Of a stretch of DNA of 51,468 nucleotides, positions 23,301 through 34,418 are shown piece after piece. Position numbers and translations under genes: made by a program. A model generated the notes under the pieces. That model saw only the letters and a program-made list of their open reading frames with translations, was not told where the DNA came from and ran no database searches. Origin of the DNA: Klebsormidium nitens (taxonomy: Eukaryota > Plantae > Klebsormidiophyceae); assembly GCA_000708835.1 (NCBI GenBank), contig DF237245.1, positions 1 to 51,468 of the forward strand, given 5' to 3'. Numbering within the stretch: position 1 is the stretch's first letter; each line of letters starts with the position of its first letter.

Positions 23301-25419
23301 TATGCCCCGCTCACGCGCGGCCGCAAGCTCAACGACCCGCCGCTCGTCGAGGTGAGGCCGAAGCCATGAGGATTTTGAAACAGGAAGTTTAACGAGCGTA
23401 AAATTACCCCCAGCCTGGGACGGGATCTTGGATTATTTTGGGGGTTTAGGGAGGGTAAGGGGCAGAGGTAGTTTTTACGAGTTGGGATGGGTTGAGCGAA
23501 GTACTCGAGAAGCTTGCTATTCTTAAAGTGTGGCGACATGTGAGCCGGTATCTTCTGCCGGATGCCCATTTATGTAACATGTTGATTTGAAAGACGCGAT
23601 TTCTCAAAAGACCAAAAGACGCTCTCGTCCTGCTTCTATTGTAGGTGAGTTTACGGAAGGGTTGGTCTGCATTGGACTTGAAATTAGGAAGTATTGAGGC
23701 GGCTTCGTTCGTTGGTGGCCGGCCGAAACTCGGACGGTTTGCTTCTCCCTGCCCGACACATTCTGGTAGCATAAGATGAATTAAAACATGGGCGCACATT
23801 CTTCTCACGAGGTCATCGAAACCTTCTACCCATGTCTTTGCTTCAAACGGCGGGTGCTTTCCAAGTATGAGATTTTAACACCTTTTCGAACCAACATCAA
23901 TCGTAGCCCGGACTACACGTGTAACTCTTTACGCCTGCTCCGCCAGAATGCCAAGGGACTTTGCGAGGCGGCGGCGGCGCAGGTCCTGATTCCGCTAATT
24001 TCGCTGTTCCGTCAACTTCTTCGTTTTGGATCCTCCGCCGGGATGGCAAGCAGTGCCGAAATGAAATGAAATGAAATGTTTACCTGCTGTTTCCGGTCTT
24101 CTGTCTCTCTTCTGATTTCGGTCCTTCCTCATTTCGTCGAACAGTACCGCAACGAAATCTAGCCGCCCAGATGCGAATTTCACTTATTCCGCCGTTCTGT
24201 TCATATATGAAATTCGCTTGTCACCGCCAGATCGCCAAGAAGTACCACAAGGCGACGGCGCAGATCCTGATCCGCTGGGGGCTCCAGAAGGGCTTCATCG
24301 TCATCGCCAAGTCGACCAACCGCGAGCGTATGAAGATGAACCTAGAGGCGAGTTTATCCCAGCTACCTGTTCTGTGAAACTTGCAGTTTTCTCTTCTCGT
24401 ATTTTCGGGTTTGAGAAGCTTCATGGTCGACCAGCGCATGAGATAACCCCTGAAATTCCTGAGCGAGTGTTTGACCGACACGCGTCCTGTCCAGATACGC
24501 TCCTTTCTTGCCTTTAACCCCCCGACAATCGTTTGATCATCCGCTTTTGAGCTGTTTCAGCTATAATGCAATGGTGGACAAGGGATCCATCGATTTGCGT
24601 GCATCTGCGTTTTGTGGCTGCCCTTCGCTATGAAGAAGGTCGTGCAAGGATTTAGGTAACACGGATAGCGAAGAAACTGCCTTCTGCGGTTCAGTCAAGA
24701 CACGATCTTCGAAAACCCGGAAGAGACGCTTCGAGTCTTTGCGAGCAGAAGTACAAGCTAGAAACAATCGGCCTGATATCTGGGCGGAGGTTTGGAGTAG
24801 ACGCAGGAATTGGTTACTTTGACCGCAAATCCAAAAACGGACATTATTGATTCTGCTCTGATGAATGATCGTTCAGCATTCAGAGCTCGTAAAAACATTG
24901 ATCTGATGATCAGGGATATGCCTGGAAGAACAACTTGAAGCCGCTTCCAATTATCGTAGGAGTCGAGTAGCGAAGCTGTTGCTGGCGTAGAAAAAAGATG
25001 TCAAAGGTCTCTTTGAACCGTATCCACAACGGATGAGCTCAAGCGAAGCGCCATGCTTAGGCGGGTCGAACTTAAGTCCCGGTGTCTAGTCCACCCCCCT
25101 TTTGGGTGAGTGGTTCAGTCGGTCGGTACAAATTAGTGATTGGTTTTGTGCCAGTATGTTCAAAATTACAGGGTGTTTTTGGGGCAAAACCCAAGATTTT
25201 GGCCCGGACTCGGAGAAAAGCCGTTACGAATTCCCGGATCGGATCAAGGTCCATCCTTTTCTCGGACACCTTATCTGGTCATGAAACTTTGGAACCAGCC
25301 TCAAGGGCTTTCCTCTTCAGGTCACCGACTTTGAGATCGGTCCCGACGACATGGCGAAGCTCGATGCGCTGGACGAGAAACTCGTCACCGACATCTGGGA
25401 TCCGACGGCGGAGCCGTGA
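20352..25419 (+). CDS. Aldo-keto reductase (AKR5/2,5-diketogluconate-glyoxal reductase-like), 6 exons, 285 aa using terminal exon 6a
   Basis: join(20352-20556,21501-21635,22448-22623,23226-23351,24231-24347,25321-25419) = 858 nt. Catalytic tetrad present: [11 protein letters not shown] (Asp, Tyr), FVTTKLW (Lys), DLYLVHAP (His). Also GVSNF, PAVNQIELHP, AQILIRW, IAKS. Intron 5 begins with GC (AG/GCGAGT). Confidence 0.95.
21228..21423 (+). repeat. Two decayed upstream copies of the AKR exon-2 acceptor and exon start
   Basis: Copy at 21344-21423 (CAG kept) reads [26 protein letters not shown] then diverges, with no donor. An older copy at 21228-21252 has CGG instead of CAG. Confidence 0.85.
22114..22346 (+). 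repeat. Two decayed upstream copies of the AKR exon-3 acceptor and exon start, period 163 nt
   Basis: Acceptor CAGs end at 22121, 22284 and 22447 (functional). The copy at 22285 reads (V)[14 protein letters not shown] then shifts frame. The copy at 22122 is more diverged. Confidence 0.85.
22595..22841 (+). repeat. Tandem array of the AKR exon-3 3' end, donor and intron start (three units, about 105-111 nt)
   Basis: actaccgccccgccgtcaaccag/gtccgg (donor 22624), actaccgccccgctgacaaccag/gtccga (22729), agtatcgccccgccgacagaaaa/gtttga (22840). The intronic parts (gtc.gacgtccga...ttgga...agcttt) are also homologous. Confidence 0.85.
23938..23996 (+). repeat. Decayed upstream copy of the AKR exon-5 acceptor and exon start
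   Basis: ccgccag/aatgccaag...ggcggcgcaggtcctgattccgct versus ccgccag/atcgccaag...gacggcgcagatcctgatccgct at 24224-24276. Confidence 0.7.
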
Positions 25420-25533
25420 CGACAAGGCGGCGATGTGGATTGCCACCTCTTCAGGCCACGTGGACGCTATAGCAACAGGCTTGCCACAGAGTCTTCGGGG
25501 AAGTCTTAGGAACACGTTTAGTTTTCCGTTCAG

Positions 25534-25629
25534 GTAACCAACTTTGAGATCGCACCGGAAGACATGGAGGCTCTCGACTCGCTGGACGAAGGGCTCGTCA
25601 CCGACTGGGATCCGACCAAGGATCCATAG
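25534..25629 (+). CDS. AKR alternative terminal exon 6b: VTNFEIAPEDMEALDSLDEGLVTDWDPTKDP*
   Basis: Pyrimidine tract plus CAG acceptor ending 25533, phase 0 like exon 6a, open to TAG, clearly paralogous to 25321-25419. Confidence 0.85.
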   Translation, partial: VTNFEIAPEDMEALDSLDEGLVTDWDPTKDP

Positions 25630-25745
25630 GCTATTAGCCCATACGCGGCTAGATTTGGCGAGTCTCAGATACGTTGACGTAACCCTATGTAGATGGTTAA
25701 CCAGATGAGCTTGTGTGTTCTTAAGAAGGTTAGCGTTTCTTTCAG

Positions 25746-25883
25746 GTCACAAACTTTGAGCTGAGGCCGGAGGACATGGAGAAGCTGGACTCGCTGGACG
25801 AGGGGCTGGCGACCACCTGGGACCCAGAGAGAGGAGTGAGACCGAGCCGGGCAATCTGTGGTCGCCGGGCAGTTTTAGATTAG
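25746..25883 (+). CDS. AKR alternative terminal exon 6c: VTNFELRPEDMEKLDSLDEGLATTWDPERGVRPSRAICGRRAVLD*
   Basis: TTTCTTTCAG acceptor ending 25745, phase 0, open frame. Paralogous to 6a/6b for 27 codons, then a divergent extended tail. Confidence 0.75.
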   Translation, partial: VTNFELRPEDMEKLDSLDEGLATTWDPERGVRPSRAICGRRAVLD

Positions 25884-27024
25884 GCAGCCTTGGCCGCTGA
25901 CCCAGGAGTTTTGGGTCTTCACTTTGGATGTACTTTATCCTGTGAAAAGAATGAAAAATTGAATGAAGAACAACTCACGGAGTCGCCGTGCTGAAAAGCC
26001 CGGGCCCGTGATTTGTCGCCAATTGCAACTTAGAAAAGGCCGCGACAGATCAGATTCATGCGTCGCAAATTTGTGCACCTAGCATTTTTCAATATGACAT
26101 TTGTATTTTCGGTTCAAGGCTATAGCGATACCTGATTGGATCACTTCTTATAAGGTGCCTTGGAATGAAATTTATTTGGGGTAATCATTGCCTACATCCC
26201 CATATCCTCGTTCACGATGTGCGGGACATACAGTATCATACCATTCCTTGTCACCGTTCATTTTACCGGCGCCCGATCGTGACATAGCACATGGGTACGA
26301 AATGCAGTGGTGCCGGCCGGCGGCAAATACATGCATGCTTGATTCAGCTCTCGAGCAATACATACGATCCATGATACGAACGTGCAACAGCTCATGCAGA
26401 TTCAATTTTGCTCTTCGGTCCTAGTTGGTGGGAAGTCGTAGAATGATCGATACTGGTCGATCGAGCTTCTACCAAGGCCGCGGGCGGCGAGCGCAGCTTC
26501 GCATGTAAACAGTAAAGCTCAGCGACTGATCGTCGATCGCGTGTGCAATGAGGACGGCATGGCATGAGAACACTTGTGCTTGACGTTAGTCGCGCACATG
26601 TATATAGGGTCATGCTCGTATATGCATGATACATCTTACACGAGGCGCAAACTGAGTGCAGTACTTCTCTTAAGCAAGGTTGTGTATTCATGCAGGCAGT
26701 ACGAACCTGAAGAATTGCAGCTAGCTGATGCCAGCATTTGACTGAGCTACACAAGCTTTGACACAAGTTTTCTTTTACCGAAGTCTCACATTGAACTAGC
26801 GCATGATCTCTAGGTCAGCTTGTTCTGGCGATTCCGGGACTCACGCATGTCATCAGATGCCGCACGCTTCTCGATGACGCTCAAGTAGTAGCGTTCTGCT
26901 TCGATCTTTTCTTCCTATCACCCGTGTCACACAGATCTTCGATCTGGCCATCTAGTATCTATTTGCAGCTGTATTTCACCACTTCGATGATCGGTTCATA
27001 CTTATTGTGTATGGAGATTTCTGG

Positions 27025-29969
27025 TTACTTTGTTTTCACGACGGTGGGGAACAGGACCACATCCTCCTCACCCTCGTTCTCCTCCGCTTCGCACTCTCCT
27101 GACGCCACCGCCTTTTTGTACATCTCCACTGCGGCAACAACCTGCGCCATCGTCAGCTTCTCCCGCTCGCACTTCCCGTCCTTCCTGGCCCCATCCTTCG
27201 CCTCGTAAACAAACGTGTAACATTTATCGGTCGCCTTGACAGTCTTCGGGTCTCTCGGCCCCTTCACTACCTTCCCGTTGAACCCCTTCATCCTCCCTTC
27301 CTTCATCCGCCATTTCCTGCGGCCCCACCGCCCCACAAGACTCTCGACGGGAACCGTTGCTTGCGTTTTGGCCTTCTTCCCAAGCTTCGTCTTCGCATCC
27401 GGCCATTGCTTCCCCAGCTGTCCGATGCCCTTCGAAGCAGCTAGGTAGCTCCCTAAAGCCGGCCGTTGCCGCCTCAGCGTGCGCGCCTTCACTCCCACGA
27501 TCCCTTCGGCGCTGTTTCGCTGCTTCCGGCCGCCCGCTTTCTCTCCGCTCTTGGATCGCCTCCGCTCGACTTCGCCGTTTGCTCTCTTCCGCCTCTTCTC
27601 GGTTCGAGTCTCCCCCCCCATCTCGCCATTTCCCGCTTCTGCCCCCTCGACCACTGTCGTTTCCGCATCCCGCTTCGAAGACCCCGCTTCGTCGGATCCG
27701 CCAAGCTTCCGTTTCCGTTCTCCTTCGAGACTGCCGTTCCCTGGCGCGGAACCATTCTCGCACCCCGAAGTCAGCTGACCGGTTTGTCCCCGCTCCTGAA
27801 CTGCCGTTCCGTTCTGCATTCCGTTCTCGTTCCGAGGGTTTTGGCGGGTCTCAAGCTCAGCTTCGTCCGTTAATGGAGGCAGGGTCTGGAGATTGTTAGG
27901 GTCTTCTTCCGTTTGGCTTGGAGGGGTAGGGGGATCAAATCTGCGGCTTTGCGCAGGAATTGCCCGAGGACCACCCGTTGCCTGCTTCTCCCCAGCTCCG
28001 GCATCGTCTTTGGGTGTTCCTGCAGAGACAGCATTTGACTCTGGTTTGACATGGTAACCATACTGCAAGAGATAGTTAGCGGTCAGCTAAACTTATCCGT
28101 CTGCTTCGGACCTTGCTCAATCTGTCCTGAGAGTTCCCTGGCTTTTGAAGATGCGGCAGAGGGAGGATTAAGCGGTCACTCGCAGGTCGTGTGTCTGCGC
28201 TTGCGGTTCCCTACGAACAAATGAGAGTCATATGTATCCCCCTGTGGAGACAGCTCTTTCGACAAGAATTACCCCGGTCTGTCTCTGAGCCTGCATCTCA
28301 TATCAATCGTGCTCGTTCCTCTATAGCGATCCACTTCAGCAAGGTATGTGCTCGAAGTATCCCGCTGGTATCAGAATCGTACATCCAATCTGGAAATAAC
28401 CCACCTCCTTTTTGAAGATGTGACACGCCGCCGATCCCATTCGCCTCCTTGTCTGCAATTTCTTCTGCGTTCTGTTCCCGGTCGTTCGGCTCCCGATGGC
28501 CTTCTTCAGGACGTTGAGTGGAGGTCGCAGGAGGGCCGGTAGCTGCGCAAAAGACACATGACAAGAAGTCGGTCTGTCAGATCTGTAAAGGTTGCAGAGG
28601 AGGAAGGGGAACACTCCTCCAGAGTTCCAAGAAAGTAATATTAAGACGGCCTTTCCCAACTCCAAGCTAGGTGGCTAAAGCAGATAAAGATAGACAATTC
28701 TTGCAGAAGGCATGCAAGAATCTCACTTGTAGAAGGACAACGTGCCTCTGGGGCTGCATGGCAGGAAGATGACAGGTGGTCAATCATACTCTGATTGACA
28801 GAGCGTCACATATTTGTGGTAAAGAAGTCCGAGGTCCGCAATCAAGGACAAAAGGGAAGGGAGTCGTTCTGATTAACATTCAATTCGAAGTGCAAGCTTC
28901 TGTTCCCAGGCCTATGAGAGGAATACAGACCGAACACATCAGCTAAGAGTCACTTTAGAGTGTTTCTCTTTTCTGAATGTATTAGCGGCAAGCTCCTTCT
29001 TAGGAGAATGCAGACTCTCCCAGCTCAGACACTTTTGTACAATACATTCCACCTTCACTTTTTGTGTGATTTTTCTACCTTGATTATCTGCAGCAGGTGA
29101 GAGCACCCCCCACAGTTGCGGCCACGCCTTTCTGTCAGCTGGCCAGGGGCCCTCCTCCAGGATCCACTTTTGCACAACTGTCAGAGGTGTGTTCCCCATG
29201 CACGCAAGCGTGTCACTGTCTGCACCACTGCTTTGAAAGCGCAGCTCAATCTGGTCCTTGAGTTGACGGGTCTTGAGAGGGGCCATCTCCTGCAAGAGCC
29301 GAACGAGATGAGATTGATTTCTTTCGCTTAGATCAGGCAAGGTGTGCTCATCATGACGTTCTATGCTGAAAGCAGACTTCCTATAAGAGAAGTCACAATC
29401 AAAGTGACTCCAGCTCTACATAGATAGATATGGTGGTGGCATTCTAGCTAACTTCTGATTCTCGAATGATGGTGCATTTGAGACCAATCTATGCAGACAC
29501 AGAATATCATTAGGGGCCACTTCTTTTCAGTCCAAACCCAGTGACTACCTTTGACAAGGTGTGCATTGTGACCGCATTAGAAGGAGAAACTCAGCAAGGG
29601 CAGCTGACCGCTGAATTGTGTATCCTGCAACCAATGCACCACTCTGTAAACTTGAAGGCAAGCGGCGCCTGCATGACAACATATAAGCTCCCAAAGTATC
29701 ATAAGTAGCTGGCTTACTGGATGTATACCGTGGTATGACCAATTCAAGCTCACCTGTGCTATCCGCAGAATGTCTGTCACCGTCCTCTTTTCCCAGTTGC
29801 TCAATGGGATGGCGAGACACGTCTTGGAATGCTCCTTGGGTTGAACAGCTGGGATGTGCAGAATCCATAGCAGTGGCTCGTTTGAGCTCTCCCGAGAGTT
29901 TGGAGAGAGCGGATTGGCCGCCATTGTGAATTTGCTTGGTGAACCGGGTGGCCCAGCTCGCATTGCCAT
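27025..29969 (-). CDS. Hypothetical (orphan) protein, about 6 coding exons, about 613 aa, with a charged Lys/Arg/Glu-rich low-complexity C-terminal half
   Basis: Model complement(join(27025-28062,28405-28542,28727-28753,29053-29380,29549-29643,29754-29969)) has canonical GT-AG sites and consistent phases. The last exon is the 347-aa ORF. No family motif recognised. Internal boundaries, especially the donor at 29053 and the 27-nt exon, are uncertain. Confidence 0.6.
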
Positions 29970-30738
29970 GGGCTGCTTGCCAAGCACTGGAGCGGTGCCT
30001 ACCTAGGTCAGGTTCAGGGAGTGGGTCAATTTTGAGGTTAGTAGTTCTCGGGACGGGTTTCGAGTTCGGGTTACCTACACGGTTTTTATGCGTGACCAGG
30101 AACTGTCCGCTTGCATTAACGTTCGAGGGTAAGCGCTAGTAACATGCTCTGGGTTTGGGACTGGACGGTTACTGGGTTTCCAAAGGCCACAGGAATCCCC
30201 TTGACACTGGAAAATCCATTGGCTTGTAAACACGTACAGCTCTGCAGTTGATTTTGACTTGGTCGGTAGTGAAACGTCTCACGTCCAGCTGTTCCATCAT
30301 GTGCTGCTGCAAAGCTTGCGCAGTGTTACTGCACTAGTATCATACATAAGTAGTCAAATGCAGCTAGAGACTCTCCCATGCCATGGATCTTGCATGAGCT
30401 CTCGCCTCAAGTATGCATGCAATTTAATCCCAGGAGTCTGAATTATCTCAGTATATGTGGCAGGTCGATAGTTGGACGTGTCTAGCCGCAGCAAGTCAAA
30501 AGTGCTTCATTGATGGTCGCAAGTACTCAGCCCTTTTGAAGACAGACAGATCCACAGTTTTTGTGCGGAACCATTGAGAAAGAAAGCGCAGGTTTTCCAG
30601 CCAGGAGTCGAGCAACGCACTCATGCATGGCCCGGCCTCGAAACACTTTGGAGCCGCTCCTGGAATCGGTCTAAGTTTCAGATTGGCAGCACAAGCTTGT
30701 GCGCCTTGCCAAACCAGTCCGTACAATCGTGCTCTTCG

Positions 30739-33700
30739 TCAGCTGATACCCCGCGCCCCAGGAACCGAACACAGGCCCGTGCAAGCCTTTTCGCATCTGC
30801 AGCGAGAAAGGACAATGTGCGCTTTCGTTTCTCGACCAATTTGCCGTTTTCTGATTAAAAAGACGAAGCCGCAGATTTCTTATTGTAAGCGAGACACTTA
30901 TTGAGTGGAGACGCTGACGAAAGGTTGCCTGCTGCCTATCCTCACATTCTAGACGAAGTGTGCGGATAATTGTGGGAGAAAGCTCCTCTTCACGGAACCT
31001 GATATTCGAATAATGTAGCTTCGAGAACCTGACAAAAGACGCTGTGATCAGACCTTACCCCCAGGGCGGCAACTCAAACAGGGACGCGTTGATCTCCTCT
31101 TCTGCGTACGTTTCCGTCCGGAAGGTGATCTTTTCATTCGGCTCCTGCACAGAGTAAGATCGTCGTTAGACATCTGCAGACATTCGTTCCCTTTTCGAGA
31201 AAGTGGAAGTTGTCGGAAAAATGCGTCAAGGCAAAGACTGCGCCTCAATTGAAGACGAACATGGTCCTCATATCTATCCTGTCCTGGCGAAACAACTTGA
31301 AGCAAATCAGAAAGTTCGCGGTCAATTACTTAAAGGCCGTTCCCTGAGCGGGTTGCTGTTGACGACGGCACTCCACTCAGGCCTCGACCGCTCAACCGCT
31401 CAACACTACAGGTTTCCCACCACTCTAATATGGCCATTCAAAGCCTCCTTTCGGGCCAGGAAATATACTTCGCACGGACGGGTCACAACAGCATAAGGCG
31501 GCCTGGAGCCTCCTCCGAAACATTGTTGCACGGTGCCCAATCAAAGGTGCAAGATCCGTACCCGTTGTCTTCGGATGGCTATCCTTCGGTTATGCAGAAC
31601 TTGCGATCTGTCTTTGCTCACCATGTAAATCTGGAGCGGGACGCCGTCTAGCGTCTCCCAAAAATAGTTGTTTTGAAGGCCGGCCTGCTTCCTGCACAAG
31701 CAAGAAGGCTCTCTGAAGGCCGGGTAGTCGAGCAAGTACGAAAGCACGCACCTCTTATATCTATTGAAGTGGGCGTTGCAAGCGCGCTTGCAATGGCGAT
31801 CGGACGGCTCGGATCTCCGCGATACGAGACGGCGAGTGCCGTCCTCGCTTTTGATTGGTCAAAAGAGCGACGCCGGGATGCCGCTCCGTCAAACCCCTAC
31901 GCCCTTTAAGGTCGCCATTCTAAACTTCAACAGAAGAAGCGAAACTCTGAGAAGGATACTCATCGGAGCCGGACCCTGGAAGCTTTTGTTCGTCCGACCG
32001 GTTCTAGATTGTATCTCCAGAGAGGAGGGACTTCTTGAAAAACAACGCCTTGACCGCAAGTGCCCCATTTTAATCAAGAGGTTTCTTTGCTACAGACGCA
32101 GCAAAACCATTTCTAGTTTAGCCTTTCAAAGCCTTCAGCCTCCTCCGAGTTCGAGGCTCGTCAATAACGCAAAGTAATGCAAGGCACCATGCAATCAGCA
32201 CCAAACCGGTGCTATCATAATGGAACGGCTGCCAACTCGTCATTTGGGACCAGCTTATTGCGCGCGTTATCAGAGAAAGAAGCCTACTTCCCCTCAAAGC
32301 AATCCCTTCATAGGCTTTTGATACTCCAAATGGAGACCTCTCTCTCCACGTCGTCCCAGCCCACGGAAAGGAAGGCTCCTTGAACTATTTTCAGGACGCT
32401 TTCGAGTTCAGAGTTCCGGACTCTTGAGTGTTTGCACAGCTTTCGAGATCCGAGGTTGGGTGGTTCAAAGACACCCTCACCATTTATTGCACATTTGGCC
32501 TTCGACCTCCTCCTGTCCCAGATATTGCGCACCATGCAGCCAATCCCGGCGGAGGATGCCGCACCCCGCCTCCGCTGAACAGCAGGAGCAGCAGTACTGC
32601 GCGAAGAGAGGCGCCTCGTGAGCTGACAGTCTGCTCGCAAGGGACTTCCCCGAAGAACTTTTATTTCGAAACAGGGGCAAAAGGGATTCGAAATCAGGAA
32701 AAGAAGGGGACAGTCAGAATGAGCATAACACGCTGGTGAAGGGGAAAGCCCAGACAGCATAACATCAGTGCAAAGCCCACATTGGCAAGGAACCATGGAT
32801 GCGATGATTGGGGGCCCTCCCCTGTAGATGTACAGACCTGAAGGTGCAGAACCTTAGAGGATGTACACTCGACAGCAAGATCCCGGAACGCCAGTGTGAA
32901 GGTCAAGTGAAACACTCGAACTAAGAGATTAAAAAGGCGTAGCTTTGAACATGCAAAAGGCATCATAACAAGATATGAATGAGAATTAGGTTCAACAGGC
33001 GTGTGGGTGTGGACGTCATGCAGACATTATCTGTTGACCTGTTAGAGAGGAGGTTTTTTGCTGTTCGACGGAGTGTCATGAACCCACCTTATGCTCCGGG
33101 AAAAAAATGTACCTCATTCCATCGACAACCAGTTGTGTACAGGCCGTATTCCGCAGTGGGTAGATCGTGCTGCAAAGAAAATCACCTTCAGAAGCACGCA
33201 GAGGCATCATCAAGTTCATGGAGGTATCTACAAAAGCACGAAGAGGATGAGCATGATAACACTGTTACACACAGATCATTCGCACCAGGGCAGGCAACAT
33301 TAAAAGTATTAGGCCTTCCCCTCATGTACTTCGACCATCAAAACCGAACTGGCCTCAACCTTGATTGGCGAACTGGCTCACTCCGGAATGAAAAGGCTGA
33401 GACATAGATGTACAATTCCACCGAGAACTCATACTTCTTCTTCAGGCAATGCTCAGCCATACCCCGGAAAACATTTTAGCAGTGAACAGGGTTTTGACGG
33501 AAGAAGAGAAAGACATGGAAGCTTACCCACAATACCTATTCCCCTTCCCATCAACCCTGTCAGTCCTAGAGCGGTTGTGCGCAGCGTCATAGTACATCTT
33601 GCCCGTTGTGGTGATTGAGAAGAAGTACCAAGCTGCCTGCACACCGAGCACCACGACGAACAGATCTCACCGAACCATATTGTCATGTGCACATCAGGCA

Positions 33701-34418
33701 AAATGGTGTTCTTCTATGGTAGGGCACATGCCTCTTTCAAGGCGCCTTATAAACTTGTCCGTAAGTTGCGACTCACCGATCATGGAATCCACGTGGTTGG
33801 GACCATCTCATGATACTGTAAAAAGTTCAGCAGAGGGCCAAGATTATGTAAGGCTTAGAAGGGGCACCTTATGTAAGTTGTCAAACGTTGTCATTGAATT
33901 GCAAAAACAAGATTCTATGTTAAACAGGAGAAAGGGCCAATTTGGGCAAAAGATGAGAATAGTAGGAATAGTAACCAAGCAGCCAGATATCAAACAACAG
34001 CTGGAAATCCTTTTATAGAAATCTACATCAATCTGGCTGCTGATGGAAATTGCACCAACTCACATCCACGGCACAAGGGCTGACCGCAAATGAAGTATGC
34101 CACCAGGCAATCTAGAAAGAGGTTATGAAACGAAGGTGCACAGTTGTCAGGCCGAAATGCAGTCAGTCACTCAAATCGTCCCAAAGCACAATCCAGGGGG
34201 CTGGTATCAACAGTACTTAGAAAACTGAACTGGAGTCAATGTCCTTATCCAGTCAGGAAGACTCCCAGCCGGATTCTCACCTCATGAAACTCCACCTGAA
34301 AGTTTGCCGGCCATTCAGGAGGAAAGAGTGGTGTGGGGCCCAGCTGGCCAACACAACACACTACCTGCAGCAGGAGGAGAAGCACTACCACCGCCATCGG
34401 CGCCAGCACAGCATTCAT
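30739..34418 (-). CDS. Secreted cysteine-rich protein, ependymin-related (EPDR/LolA-fold)-like, 7 exons, 219 aa
   Basis: complement(join(30739-30796,31059-31144,31622-31691,32481-32596,33088-33169,33527-33636,34281-34418)) = 660 nt, all GT-AG, phases consistent. Protein: signal peptide MNAVLAPMAVVVLLLLLQVVCCVG, PPEWPANFQVEF, GKMYYDAAHNRSRTDR, RYCG, YCCSCCSAEAGCGILRRDWLHGAQYLG.EEVEG.MCNKW, FELPPWGCEKAC. The gene model is strong; the family label is from motif recall. Confidence 0.85.

Noticed and set aside
25075-25260. Distinct segment in AKR intron 5 that might be a MITE
   Set aside because: No terminal inverted repeats or target-site duplication could be identified.
20352-25419. Horizontal origin of the AKR, given its bacterial/fungal AKR5-like appearance
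   Set aside because: Cannot be supported without a phylogeny; the gene has five spliceosomal introns and host-like codon usage.
27224-27899. Multiple 99-180 aa ORFs in alternative frames and strands
   Set aside because: Shadows of the low-complexity, GC-rich terminal exon of the orphan gene.
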